A stretch of 64,000 nucleotides of DNA from the human T2T-CHM13v2.0 reference genome, Homo sapiens, in NCBI RefSeq assembly GCF_009914755.1, contig NC_060928.1; one strand, given 5' to 3'. How positions within the stretch are numbered: the stretch's first letter is position 1; the number at the start of each line of letters is the position of its first letter. Both the position numbers and the translations under genes were made by a program. Positions 11,257 through 25,990 of the stretch are shown here, in pieces. A model generated the notes under the pieces. The model saw only the letters and a program-made list of their open reading frames with translations. It ran no database searches and was not told where the DNA came from.

Positions 11257-11867
11257 CTTCTGGGGCAGCAATAGATTAGGTACTGATTTACTTGATACTC
11301 CTTAAGGAATATTGAACTGTACACTAAATTGTTTGTGTAGTGACCAAAATTAAATCCAGTTCTTTTCTGAAAAAGGAACTAACTTGGTACATTTTAAAGT
11401 ACTGTTCTTTTTTTCCATTAATTTACTTGTGTAGGTGCTAATTGATATAGGAAATGGTGTCTTATTATTACAAGACAATGGCATAAAATTTTATCCCCTT
11501 CTCTCATGCCAGTTGTATTTGTTTTGACATAACAACTGAAAAAAGGACTATTGTAGAAAATTATAGATGCTCTTCTATAAAATGTAAACATTGTTATGAA
11601 TAGCAATCAAAATAGGTTCAACCACCCTGTATTTTTTCAGGCAAGACACTTGAATACTAAGCAATACTGGAAAGGTACCCACCAAAGAACTAGCCTGTAT
11701 AGTTGTATGTGTGAACTTAAAATAGCTCCTCTCTAATAGGAAATGTTGGAAGAGACTTTATGCAAAGGGTTGATGTATATAGTATATAATGAAGAATTTT
11801 TTTAATTGCCTCATAAAGAAATCTCATGAGCCCTCCCTTTGTGTTCTTAATAAAAAATGCTTAGCTA

Positions 11868-12028
11868 AACAGAGCGGAGTGGTGTGCACCTGTAGACCCA
11901 CCTACTTGGGTGGCCGAGGCAGGAGGATTTCTTGAGGTCAGGAGCTGGAGGCTGCAGTGCTCTATGATTATGGCTATAAATAGCAATTACGCTGTAGTCT
12001 GGGCAACACAGAGAGACTCTGTTTCTAA
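11868..12028 (+). mobile_element. FAM (fossil Alu monomer)-like SINE followed by CA/TG/TA microsatellite
   Basis: Single monomer containing gctgcagtgctctatgattatggctataaatagcaattacgctgtagtctgggcaaca, which retains the 7SL-derived CCTGTGAATAGCCACTG segment absent from dimeric Alu arms. Confidence 0.75.
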
Positions 12029-14624
12029 TGTGTACACACACACACGTGTGTGCGTGTAAATATATATAAATATATATATAAAAATAATAACTGGCAATTT
12101 ATGTTCCCAGATTAATTTGAACGTGCTTATTTTGTCCCTTTTTTTCTGGATTAGTGTGGGAGATGACATTTTGATGTAAGTGATAAAAATGATATTTTAA
12201 TGACTTCCAACTTTAAATGTAAAACATGGTCACTCATAAATCTCCAGACTGAGTTATGTTGGTTAGGTATATCTTAGTATTGGTTCTCATTTTAAAAAGT
12301 TTTGGTTATAGTAAATCCAGGACTATTTGAAACAGATATCTATATAAAAAGATGGCTGGATGTGGGAAATCTTATATTTTATATTCATATGGTTGTTATT
12401 ACTGGAAGCAGTAGGAGTTGCGTGCATGCAAAGATTATAATTAGTTGAGATAGTGCATTTGTCAGGGGGAATCTAATTGAAGTTAGACTAGCTACATGAA
12501 AGTCTGTGGTTTATTATTTCTAAGAAATGCTTTGAGTGAAATTTGTGCTACCAACCTTGCTTTAATTTCTACTCATGATTTTTCAGAAAAAGAAAATTTG
12601 GGGAATAAACTTTAATTTTTCTGTCATTTTAATTAGTTGTCCATATGTTGACTGATATGTTGATGTAAAGTATGCAAGAAGCCCTTAACTGAATTCTGAA
12701 GTAGAAAAAATTTGTCTTTGTGCTCCTATTTTTCCTTTATTATCCTTCAAAACATCTCAGCTCCTAATCTCAGATAGCTAATTCTTTATCCCACTCTCAT
12801 AAACTTCAACTCTGAATGATCTGAAAAGCAAATTGATGGCAATGGGATAAGAGAATAACAGAGAGATAGGTGTGAGTTATTGTCAGTGTTCTAGTTGTAA
12901 GGTTAGTTAAGTTTATGGAGATTCAATATAATATGAATAAAGAAAACAAAAAAGCTGATCATGCGGTCCATGGTCATTAATTCAGTTCTATGAACTAAAG
13001 TCTATCTAACAATATTTTAAATTTTTAGATATAAAGTATTATACTTTCCAGGGTTGTTTGCATTTTAATAGAGAAGTGAATTTACTTCAAGTTTAAAGGA
13101 AGCAATTTCTTAATCATTTTAAACCCAATTTCAAGTTGTTCTATTATTTACAGCCCTAGAAATGCTGATTCTCCTGTTTCTTATGGCTGCTCATACTCTC
13201 ATGGAGGCTTATTTCTTATAGTAAGCATGTAAGAGATTGCAGGTGGGTGGTTGGGAAAGGGAGCTGTCCATATAATCTCAATTCATCATATTGCCAGAGA
13301 TGCCTGAAGGCACTGGTAACAGTGACATTTCAGAGTGACAAGCCCTGGACAGTAGTGATAAGAACATTCTATGGGGGCGTCACATGGTCTTACTACTCCA
13401 TCTGTTCCTAGGGTAGGTCCTGATAATACTTATTTTAAACTATTGTTAGTGTATTTGGGTGCCTTTATAAAGATATAAGAGAATATAATATGAAAGAGTT
13501 GAGGCAACTTTTCAAAGTGATACATTTGGAGTGTCACATTAATTTTATAAGACTAGGTTTAGAAGCATTGCTTTCTTGGATCTTTTATAAGTCTTTGGAA
13601 GATTCAATTTTAATTGAAATCTAATCTATCATCAAATCATGCTGCTTCCACCTCAAAAAGAGATGCCAACTCCATTGACAGCTCCCTGTTTTCACAGCTA
13701 CTGCTGTGGTCTAATTACATCTCCTACCTAGAACACGTGGATCTGAGCAATCTCACTTCTGCTTTCCTTTTCCACAAGCCCCCAGTTTGATGCTCTTACA
13801 CCCTGAATACACTACAGCTGCCAAGTGGCAAGGCTCAGGAACCTTGGGGAGAGATGCTTGGGTCCTAGAAGCTCCACTCATTGGGGATTTATGTTGTTTC
13901 TTTCACTTAAAAATAATAAATTATAACTGATTCCTATGTAAAGACAGATGACACAATAACAGTTTTATCTTCATACTATACACTGTAATTAGTCAGACCC
14001 AAAATAACTTTAATTATACTAGCTTGATATATTTTTAAAATTGGTCTTAGCTGTTATACAGGGATAATCCATAATTGAGACCTTAAAAGGTATGTCATGT
14101 CTACTGTACCCTAGGAGAAAAGCAAAATAAAAGAAAAACCTATATTTAGATTTTACTGAAAAGGTGTTATTTCTCTAGGGAGAAGCAGTTAGTATGGACT
14201 TAATTCTTTTTCACTCATTTCCTTATCTTCCGAAATCTGCTATGTTTTTGATTTTTAAATTTTAATGTCTAAATAAACTGACCACTCTGCAATAAATTGC
14301 TTCATGGAGAGGGGTTGTGAAATGATACTGTTCAATGATAAAATTGTGCTATACAGAATTATTTTCTATAATGTGGTGGAAACAGATAGTTTTCTCTTTT
14401 TTTCCCGAATTTACAACCAACTCTGTGGGATGGATTGCTCCCATATAAATAATTTTTGTGTTTTGGTATGTTTTCTCTCCAATGTATTAAAATAAGAAAG
14501 AAACTTGCTATAAGAAGCATTGAGTTGTATTATCCTCCTAATGGCCTTATCTCTCTTTTAAATTGTTATTATTTTCAGATTCTCCTCACTTTTTCAGCTG
14601 TAATCAGCCAAACTGATCACCTAA

Positions 14625-14913
<289 letters not shown>

Positions 14914-16039
14914 TGATCAATGTTTTCAGGTGTATTGTGGAACACAGCTCTCCAGACACCAGAACGGGCCAAATGACAGACTGCCAACAGAGCAATATGA
15001 GATATGATGGAGAACACTTTTTTGGCTCAGAACTATAGACTTCTAGAGCTGAAGATCAGCTTTAGAAGTTTAGCCTTTCCTAAATGTAAATCCTAGAGAT
15101 AACTTCCTGACCCCAGATGTTTCCATGCTGGTCTTGGTTACTAATGAAGGGGCAGAGAGAAGTTTAAACCACAGGATATAGTGTGGTTGAACACAGATGC
15201 CTAACTATAGCTCTTATAAGTTAAATACAGAATTTGAACATACACTGTTAATATGCAAAATTACTTAATTTTAGTTTTAAACACCTTATAAAAATAATAG
15301 CATGGCAGTCTTTTATTAGCTTACAGCATGCTAAAATATATTATTAAATCTTTGATTCATGAGGAAATATTTTAGAGCAAGCTTGAGTATAGAAGGTGGA
15401 ATTAAGCTGTTCTCTGCTTACAGAGGAAACAAAATTTTAACATATATTTTGCTATTAAATGATGTGGGCCCAAAGTGAAAGCTAAGTAAATACCAGAATC
15501 TTTTGTTATCTTCACATGTGAATGTGGCATGTAGTCAAGAATATGTTGTCATATCCATTCATTTTAGTTTTCTTTACTCAGTTCTTGAATCTTGACCTCT
15601 GAGTGTGAATATTGAAACTCTATATTGTACTCTTATAAAATTGCTTATTTCTGAAACATAGTAACTAGAAACAGGATTTATCAGATCATAAATAATTTGA
15701 AGAAAACTATTCATTAGGGAAATATAATTATTATTTCTTCACACAGAATTGACTATTACAGATTTTAACTAATCTACAACAGAAAGTGGCCATACTTTTT
15801 GAAGATTGAACATTTTGCTTCATTGACATGAGTGATGAGACATCTAACTTGCCTAGAAAACACCATGAGTTTATCACAAAACTGATTGCCTGGCCATCTT
15901 CTGCACTGCTGCCAGATTTTTTTTTTTTTTTCTGGCAGGTTGCATATTGCAGTTTTTAGTTTTTCTCCTCCAAGATCCTGTGGGTTCTTCACTGTTCACA
16001 GATTCTTCACCATCAGTATCAGCTTCATGGACAAGCAAC

Positions 16040-16180
16040 CTGTGTCATTGCAGAGTCCTAACCTTGGAAGAGGGCTCCATACTTGGTTTAATGCTCTGTC
16101 ACCATCTTGAAATTCTTAATAATTTGAACATGGCACCTGACATTTCCATTTTGCACTGAATCCTCAAAATGATATGGGAA
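16040..16180. mobile_element. MER91-like DNA transposon fragment
   Basis: cttggtttaatgctctgtcaccatcttgaaattcttaataatttgaaca...catttccattttgcactg. Confidence 0.65.
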
Positions 16181-16329
16181 GCCTTTTCCAGTTGCCTCAT
16201 ATAGGATTTGTTCTTTCCTCCTCTTTGTTATTATGCTTTTTAAAAAATATGTTTCGCTTATCTGAATGATGATACCAAATTGCACTACAAGTTAATTGTC
16301 ATCTGTCTATCTTCTTTACAAGAAGGATT

Positions 16330-16712
16330 TAGTGGATGCTATTGGTACTCATCCAGATTTCTTTGACCAGTCAGTTCACCCATCTTCTAGCTGCTGTGAG
16401 TGCTGGCTGCTCCTGTCCTACAGGTGCTCTTCTCCAGAGAATTGTGGTGTTACAGAAGTAAAAAGTGGATTCCTTGCCTCAAGATGGCACACCTCTGTGG
16501 AGCCATATGTGTTCCAAAACACCTCATAGTCTCTCTTGAGATCAGACTGAAATAGACTATAGCTGAGCTCACATCCTTTCTTGCGTCGTCCTCTGACCTA
16601 CCCTGTCCCCAACACTGACTGCTTTTCCACCTCTGAGCATTCCCGCAACAGTACACAAGTACCTGAATCCCTGACCCAGCCTCTGCTTCTAGGTACTCCT
16701 GTGTAAGCCAGT
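16330..16712. mobile_element. LTR16-like ERVL LTR
   Basis: tagtggatgct..ggtactcatccagat...cagttcacccatc..ctagctgctgtgagtg..ggctgct...ttctccagagaattg...ctctgcttctagg. Confidence 0.65.
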
Positions 16713-17129
16713 CATGAGTTAGTACAGGGATCTTAAAATAACACCAATATATGCCCTTTCCAAGTAAGAAGGTTATTCAAGAATCTGTAAATATGATTTG
16801 ATAATAAACCTGTGGAAACAAAAGCCATATTCAAGACTTGCAAGTGAACATCACCCCAACTATTTATCATTTGTAGTATGTACAATGTTAGATCCAAAAC
16901 TCTGAATGACCTGTCATTGGCCCCCAGCCTCCTGACATAGTTGGCATTGACTTAGAAAAATGGATATTCAGTACTTTATTCTGATGGGTAACTGATGACT
17001 GGCCAACCTCTGGCTTCTTTTAGCCATCTAGTGAGAATGAATTTGGTATTTCTCTGAGAAGAAACTTATTCAGATCCAATAGGAGTTTTTATTAATACTT
17101 TGGTCTAATTTTAATGTTCCTATTTACTG

Positions 17130-17380
17130 AAGAAGCAATATAATGCGGTGATTAGGAGCATGAATGCTGAAGTTGTACTATCTGGGTTCAAGTCCTGCTG
17201 CTTCCCTATCTGTATATGATCTTGAACAATCTGTTTAATTTCTTTATGCCTCCCCTTATCTATATTAAAAGTACCTACCTAGTTCATGCAGTAATTACAA
17301 AGATGAACTAAGTATATATGAAAAGATGAGAATGGGGACACACAGACAGCTTTGTATAGATGTTGGTAACTGTTATTATT
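17130..17380 (+). mobile_element. MIR
   Basis: gtgattaggagcatgaatgctg...ctgggttcaagtcctg...tgtatatgatcttgaacaa..tgtttaatttctttatgcctc. Confidence 0.7.
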
Positions 17381-18278
17381 GACATTAAATACAGGAGATG
17401 CACATAGCATCTAACAATTTATTTTTTAGTACAATCCAGCTATATTTAATGATTTATAAATGAAATTTACTGAAATGCAGAAAATCACTACATACTTTAA
17501 TTTGGCTAATCTTTTATATTAGGAAGTATAATCACAGTTTAACATAACTATGACATATTGAAGTATTCAAAATGAGTTTTTCATATTTTTTCACTTAAAT
17601 GAATATGACTGACACTTTAATATTTTTTGTAAGTCAGTAGTTACTAACAATGAAGGTAATGGCCATGAATGTGATAATGAAGTTGACCATTACACACACT
17701 TAAGATGTGCTTCTTTTCCTTGAATGTTATTAAAGGCCAGAATCTTCAAACAAACCATATAGTGGCATTTTATAAAGCTACTGACCCCAGGGCCATCATA
17801 TGACCTAAAGGTTGACTAGAGTGAATCTTTTTATCTTTTAATGATATGGCCAATAACTATAGCCAAACCAAGCATAAAATAACAGGCCCTCTTCTCTTTA
17901 AAGTTATATTAACTTAATGGTAAATTATCTTAGGATCATTGCAGAAATTACTACACTAGGAGTAAGATTTCATATGAAATACTGAGAGATTCTTAGAGAC
18001 CCAAAAATTAACTTTTAAAAATTCTTGAGTTTTGGAAATTATTAATCAACTTTTATAAGTTTTTTTAAACAAGGGTCTCCTGGCCCCCGCCTTAAATGCT
18101 TTCAGTAACTAGGAAAAATTAAATTAAGTCGTTCAACTCTTTCAGCACTTTTTAACACTTTTATTTGTGCGAAATCAGATTAAAATGCCTATTAAGTTCA
18201 GTCTTGGAAGAGGAAATAGTAAAAAATCAATTTCACTTATTTTAGGTTGGTAGTGATGGCAGGCACACATATTACATA

Positions 18279-18314
18279 GTGTGTGTGTGTGTGTGTGTGT
18301 GCATGTGTGTGTGT
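18279..18314. repeat. (TG)n microsatellite
   Basis: gtgtgtgtgtgtgtgtgtgtgtgcatgtgtgtgtgt. Confidence 0.95.
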
Positions 18315-21300
18315 AGAAGAAACAGTCACAACTTTTCCCATTAACCATCTCCTTGATTGATTACCTAGATTCCCACTAAGCTGAAGCAAGTGGGAGAAGG
18401 TGACAAAGCATCCGATGCTAAGAGTGTCTTGTAAAAGAAAAATTGCACCTAACTTTTACAAAATAACTCATGCCGCAACATGCTTATGAAGCACATATGG
18501 AAAACCACTCTAAATGGTAGCCTAAGGACTTATATTTTGGATTCAACTGAAGATGTGGTCATCAGGGCTTTTGGCGAATAAGCTATATAATAGGTGTGAG
18601 CTGCCTAATAGGATAACTAGAGCCACTTCATAGTGAGGCGATGAGGAAAGGAGTTACATATGAACCTCAGGAACTCACAATGCCTGGGTTCAAATCGCAG
18701 CTCTATTTACCAGCTGTGGGGACTTATCTTGCTGCAGAGAAATTATGTTAGAGCTGTGGTGCAAAAAGCATCTTTGGATGTCAAAAAAGAGATGATTAAG
18801 TGATAATAATATTGAGGAAAACAATGCTTTGTACTTCCCTCTGCAAGATTAACTTCAATTATATATATTACATGTAGTCCCATATTTGGCATTTTTATAG
18901 TATCTCTCTTTCTCTATATTTCTCTTTCCCTCTTTTTCTTCACATAAATGATTAATGATAATGATTAAAATAAATTATATAATAACATGTTTTTAAAGTA
19001 ATTTAGTTAAAAGCATAGAATAAAATGCAGATCAATAATATTTCTAACTGTAACCCAAATTGAATTCACATTTTAACTTTGCAGAATTTCCATTAAAAGA
19101 AAAATTTATGGAAGAATTATATATGCTCAGGTCCCCTGATATTAGCAAGACCATATGCCTGTGGCTTAGATAGCCCCAGTTTGTCAGTTATCCCAGTATA
19201 ATAACTCATAACACTCTTTTACTCTCAGAAATATTGTGCTTTGATTGATAAAGCATATGCATATCCTACTTAATATAGGGAATTTCCATATTAAGTGTTA
19301 TACTTAAACAATTCTGAAACATTTTAGGCAGCAGCTGTGAGCCACAAGTAGTGGTAAAAATTGTGTCCAGTCAGAGCAAGCATCAGCAAACTTCTGGCTG
19401 GTCATTCTTACTTGTTTGCTGTATAACACAGTCCTTCAAATATTTTGCAGCCCATATTCCTTAAAGTAAAAGGAATATTACTTCATACTAGCATATTTTA
19501 TACAAATGACAGTCTAAAATGCAAGCCCACAGTTTTTCTAATGTATTTCCTTCCTGTCAACATTTGAATCTGTGCAATATGCCAGAGTTTTGGTTACTAT
19601 TCAGTAGAGAAATGAACGTTTGGAAGCTATGCATTTGTTAGATAATTTCATCCTCAAGTAAACTCTGGGCTTCCAAAAGGGTCCCCTGAATGTAGCACAA
19701 TGTCTGCTATTCAGTAGGCATCTAATAGATATGTGTTAAATGAGTGAATGTGTAATGATGGTAAATGGCTTTAACATAAAAAAATGAATTTAAATTTTGT
19801 AATTTAATAGTATTTTTTTCCAATCATCCCAACTACCTTGAGAATAATAAAATTTGCACTCAAGGAATCTCTGATAACTACTGTTCATACTTATTAGGTA
19901 AAATATAATGTGCATATACACTATGGAAGAATTAATTAAATCATACCATTAAAATATTAAGTGAGAGACCTTAACCCATATGTTTAAATATGAAGGAGGA
20001 AAACAGACAATATGGAGGGAAGAGAACCAAAAGATAATTGAACTTTTTGTCGTGGTAAATGATGTTCCAATGAACTTCTACTATAGAATTTACAGTTGAA
20101 AGCCTATCAGTGATCATTCTGGAGTCCCTCAAAAATGTGTGTTTTTTTGTTTGTTTGTTTGTTTGTTTTTAAGGTCGTGTTAGAAATTCCTTTCATGGTC
20201 AAAGAGATTTTTTATAATTTTAGACTAACATCAATTCAAAAAATAGACCATATTATTGAGGAGAAGAGATTGGAACAACAATTAGTAATGAACTTTTCAG
20301 ATGGTAATATGAAACCAAAGTTTGAGCACGGCATCTTAAGGGATCGATATTGCTCTTTGATCATGTTATTAATCTTTCCAGATTTTAATAAAACTTAAGG
20401 TGATTTTATTATTTAACTAGGAGGTAGCCAATAATTACAGTAAACTTTAAATGTCCATAATAGCATGATGGGAAAAGAGAAGGCCAAAAAACGCGTATAT
20501 CTTAAAATAGTTTTAAAAGTTTTTGAACTCTTCCAATTCAACTGGAAAATTATGAGCATAAAAATGAGTTAATTCAGGTTAATTATGAACAGATGACTGG
20601 CAAGCCCTTACCAAATAAAAATGATTATTTAAAGCCCACTGGTCCCTTGATGCTGCATTTGTATGACATCAAAGACCAAAACTTCATAGCCTCTTTGTCA
20701 TTACTAACACATCTTTGTTTACCTGGTGATTCTTTCTCTGCTGTTCTCCCTCTTTTCTCCTGGTTTTACCTGCTCTTTGAATAGATTCTAGTTGATAAGA
20801 AAGAGTATAATTTAATGTCTTTTTTATAAAATAAATATCTAATGGAGAGAAAAGCATGGCCACTTCAATGTTCAGTAATTATGTGTTGAAATTTCTGGAA
20901 TAAGTAAAAAAATAGTAATTTAGTAATCTCAAATTATTTTATAAAAGACTAATCTGTCTTATTTCTAAATTTGAAGAAAACAGTTTTCTTAATTCAAAGA
21001 GTACAAAATATTAATGAGTCACCTCAACCCACCCAGAACGGTGTCTATTCTAATAGAAAGAAACAAATTCCTGGCGATGCAAACTCCTTTGCTTAAATGT
21101 CTTTTCATATAATGCACAAATATAAAAAAACTGCATGCAGAAATTTTAGCATCTTAAATTTCTCTACATTTGTTTAATTTTAACATCCAAAGAAACATTT
21201 TTAAACCAAGCATCAATTATTTCCATGTTCCCACCAAGTGATTTTCCATTGAACAAGATTTCTGGAATTATGCAAGCAACTGCTTGAGGAAGACATCTAG

Positions 21301-22023
21301 AAATATATTTGTGCATAGAGGCTATTGAAATATGAAATTACACTAATGGTTCAGGTTGTTGTTGAAATAAATGTTCCACCCCACTATGTTGTTACAGAAA
21401 ATATCAACATTATTATCCAAGCTGGCTGTCTTAATTAATCTAGTTCTCATGCTAATTGCTATGCTCTCCATTTCATTTTGTCTCTGTAGGCACAATCTTT
21501 CTTTAAAAAATTGGCAAAACTTAGCAGCATTCAGAATATCCTAAGTCTTTGAAATGTTTGCATATTTCTATATTGCTTTTTCTGTTCAGAACATTTATGT
21601 TTAGTTTACATGCCAACAATTAAAACACAGAATTTTACATTTATCTCCAGTGAACTTTCCTTCTAGAGTTAAAAGAAAATATGATGTCCCAGGGAGTTAG
21701 GATAACAAGCTGTGATAACAATTAATAGTTGATTCCAATGCATCATGGAATTATAGAACCCAATAAAACTGCCTTTGTTTTTTGGAGGGTAGCCATAGAC
21801 TTAATGTAAACCACTTATTTCACATGCATTTATTTATCTGTTCATTTAACAATATTTTAGAAATCTCTTATATGTAAGGCTCTGGGATATAGCTGGACGA
21901 CAAATGGAGAATTTCATACAAAGCCTTTGCTGAAGGAGCTGATGGTTGTGTAAATAACAATAATTTACATGTTAATAATACAAGAAAGAAGATAGAAAGT
22001 ACATTGCATATGCATTAATTTAG

Positions 22024-22787
<764 letters not shown>

Positions 22788-22989
22788 TAGGGAGATAGGA
22801 AATTTCGTTATATCTGACCCTCAAGAAAGTAGTTGCCATCTTAAAGCTTGTGAGGAGCCCTGGCTGCAAGATTTAAAGGCCAATTGGGAATGAAGTATAA
22901 TTATTTCCTTAAGTGTAGGCTACTTATTTAAGAAGCACACCTCTCAGTGCATACTCAGCTTATTATCACTGTAACCCTTTAGAAATCAT

Positions 22990-24330
22990 ATCCCCTAGGG
23001 CAGCGATCTTTTTATTTTTTATTCACAGCTCTATCTTCAGTGCCTAGTTCAGGGCTTTGGTATAATAAACGCTTAGTAAATATGTATTGAATGAATGAGT
23101 GGATTAAGCTAAGGACAGATGAGCTTCCATTGGATTTAGCAGCAAGAAGTTCATTAATGACCTTGGTGGGATCTCATTTTTCAGTGAAATGTCTAGTTTC
23201 ACAGTTTGTTGAGGAGTAAATAGGAGATGTCTAAATATAAGCCAATGTTCAGCAGCACTTTCTAAATTGTGGGGTAGGAAGGAAAGAAATAGGAAATTGT
23301 TTAGAATGAATGGACACTGGTTTGAGTAAGAATTTCTGTTGTTTTAGATCAGAAAGAACTGAGCATGTTGAAATGCTGGTCAGAAGCCTCCTAAAGAAAG
23401 AAATAGAGGTAGGTCCATGAGAAGTTCATAAGTATATTCCAAACCATGGGAAGAGAAATTACCCTTACCTGGGACACTAAACCCTTTCCTGTTGTAACTG
23501 GAGAGAAGACTGAAGGCATGCAGGTAGATGCAGCTAAGTTTGTAGATCAAGCTGTGGAAAACTGAGGGAATTCTATTGGCTTAATTTTTGTTGTGTAATG
23601 TTAAGGTTATTGTTTTATCTTGAGAAACGATGTAGCCAGAGATTTGAGATAATTATACACATTTTGAAGTGGCTGCTGTGAGGAATGGAAAGAGATTTCA
23701 CTAGTGGGACCTAGAAGTATTCCTAGACAGCCATGAGTGAGCTGGTGATGTTGCAAGCCACAGATCTATAGTTAGGCACTGATACACACTACTTATTTCT
23801 CTACCAAGGTTCAGTGGCCAAGGTATAGAAGGCAAGCATTCAGTTTAAATCAGTGAGGGTGTAGGAGAGAGACAAGAGAGTTGAGGACATGGTGAGACAG
23901 TGATTGATGAACTGCACTATGAATACAAAAGGACATAAAGTGGAGACACAGGTAGGCTCTTTGATAGGAAGAAAGTAGAAGCATTAAGAAACTGGGTGCC
24001 TTGCTGAGATCTAAGAATAGATCTAAAATCTGAGTGATAAAGCCAGAATAATGGGAAGCTGTGTTTCTTTGAGTTTAAGAGTTTTAGAGTGGACCAGTTT
24101 TAGGTGATGACAAGGTTGGGGGTATGGACATGTGAGTTGGTTGGTAAAGAGGAGTAGAGAAGTAAGGTTCACTGAGGATGAGAAGGCAGAGATTAATCTG
24201 AGAGATTAAGATTATTCATATGGACTTTGAAGACATACAAGATAATATTAGCAATTGGTGTACAGGAAATGATGCTGAGAGCAAAAGCCTTCAATTAATG
24301 TGGTGAAATGATCAAGAGACTCGTAGATAA
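22990..24330. mobile_element. Degenerate L2 fragments
   Basis: gcttagtaaatatgtattgaatgaatgagt; ccattggatttagcagcaagaagttcattaatgaccttgg; then purine-rich L2-like sequence. Boundaries approximate. Confidence 0.6.
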
Positions 24331-25177
24331 ACAACAAAGAGGGATAGAGTGGATAGCCAGAGCACTACATAAGCCATTAAAGATCAAGGGTTCCCAAATA
24401 ATTCTATAGGCAAAAAGATCTGGGGGCATCATTAAGGATTTAGGACAATAACAGTCACTTGTCCTGACTCTAACATAAACAGAATATGAGAAAGTGAGTG
24501 GATTACACTTGCGAGTTCCGTACAGGAGAACCAAGCTTGAATTAGGGCAAGAACATAAAGAAAATATACAGTAAAGGTGCTCAGAATGCAGGTCAGATTA
24601 CTTTTCATGAAAAATGGATTTTTTTTTTAGCACATCGTTTTAAGAGGGCAGAAAGCTCTAAAATGCTTGAGATGCAAGGAATTACAGAAGAGTATGGAAA
24701 TACATATTTAAGGGAGAAAAAATGACTGAACAAGCTTCTATGTTGGGTGGTGAGCAGGGAAAGATAACAGGATCATGTCATGTGCTGGCTTTGCTTGGCC
24801 ATCAGGTATCCCTGCCTGGCGAATGGGAGTATGGGGCCCTCAAGTTGCTTAGAATTAGCAATTATGGCTTGCCTGGGTTGGCATTTGAGCTAGCACTTGA
24901 AGAAGTAAGTAGAACTTTGCTTAGAGAGGACATATGGGTGGGTATAACAGGCAGAAGGAAGTACAAACACTGAAGACATACAAATACAAAAGTACTGGCA
25001 AGTGAAGTGAATGCTGGAAAGTTAAGTGTGAATAGAGCAACAAGATATGTGGGCTGGAGTACTAGATCATAAGGCTTGACTGTAGAAGAGTCAAAAATTT
25101 CATTAACATTGGTGATTAAATAATAATTAATTTTTTCTGCTTCATCTTTGCAATTCTACCTCTACTGCCTAGCATAG

Positions 25178-25563
<386 letters not shown>

Positions 25564-25619
25564 TCAGTTAATATTTGTTGAACAAATACAATTGCAGTGA
25601 ATTAAAGCTTTGAAGAATA

Positions 25620-25990
25620 ATTAATGTGTTTGAATTAAAACTCAAAAATATAACAACAGACTAGGATGAAATTAAACAATGAGATACAGTTTAATATAGG
25701 GATCATTATAAAATCGTAGATCCATGTTCAATAAGTCAGCCACCTAAGTGCAGAAAGGAGGTGGTAATCTGATGGTGAGCCAGGCTTAAGAGGCATTCAA
25801 GGCTAAAGAATGTAGAAATTTCAGTAGACCATGGCCAAATATGTCAACACTATCCTGTAACTGCCCTTAAACCTTGGGTACATAAATTTATGTTGCATAC
25901 CACAAATAACAAAAGCAAAATGAGCAAGATTCCTGTAACCTATATAGTCAGTCTATAGCTGCAGTCTCATTTGGAGCTCTGAACACATAA
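25620..25990 (+). mobile_element. L3/CR1 fossil
   Basis: gatacagtttaatatagggatcattataaaatc...taagtgcagaaagg...atttcagtagacca...ccttgggtacataaat resembles a CR1 RT region. Confidence 0.45.

Noticed and set aside
10878-12377. Repeat cluster considered as a CRISPR-like or programmed array
   Set aside because: Eukaryotic context, only 2-3 irregular copies, no regular spacers and no associated genes.
19140-19270. Possible MER113-like fragment, plus other very old L1ME/MIR scraps (3540-3780, 5340-5720, 39700-40290)
   Set aside because: Too diverged to assign family or boundaries by eye.
20135-20398. 87-aa ORF with a helical-looking stretch (IQKIDHIIEEKRLEQQL)
   Set aside because: Begins in a GTTT simple repeat, has no convincing donor site and no recognisable homology.
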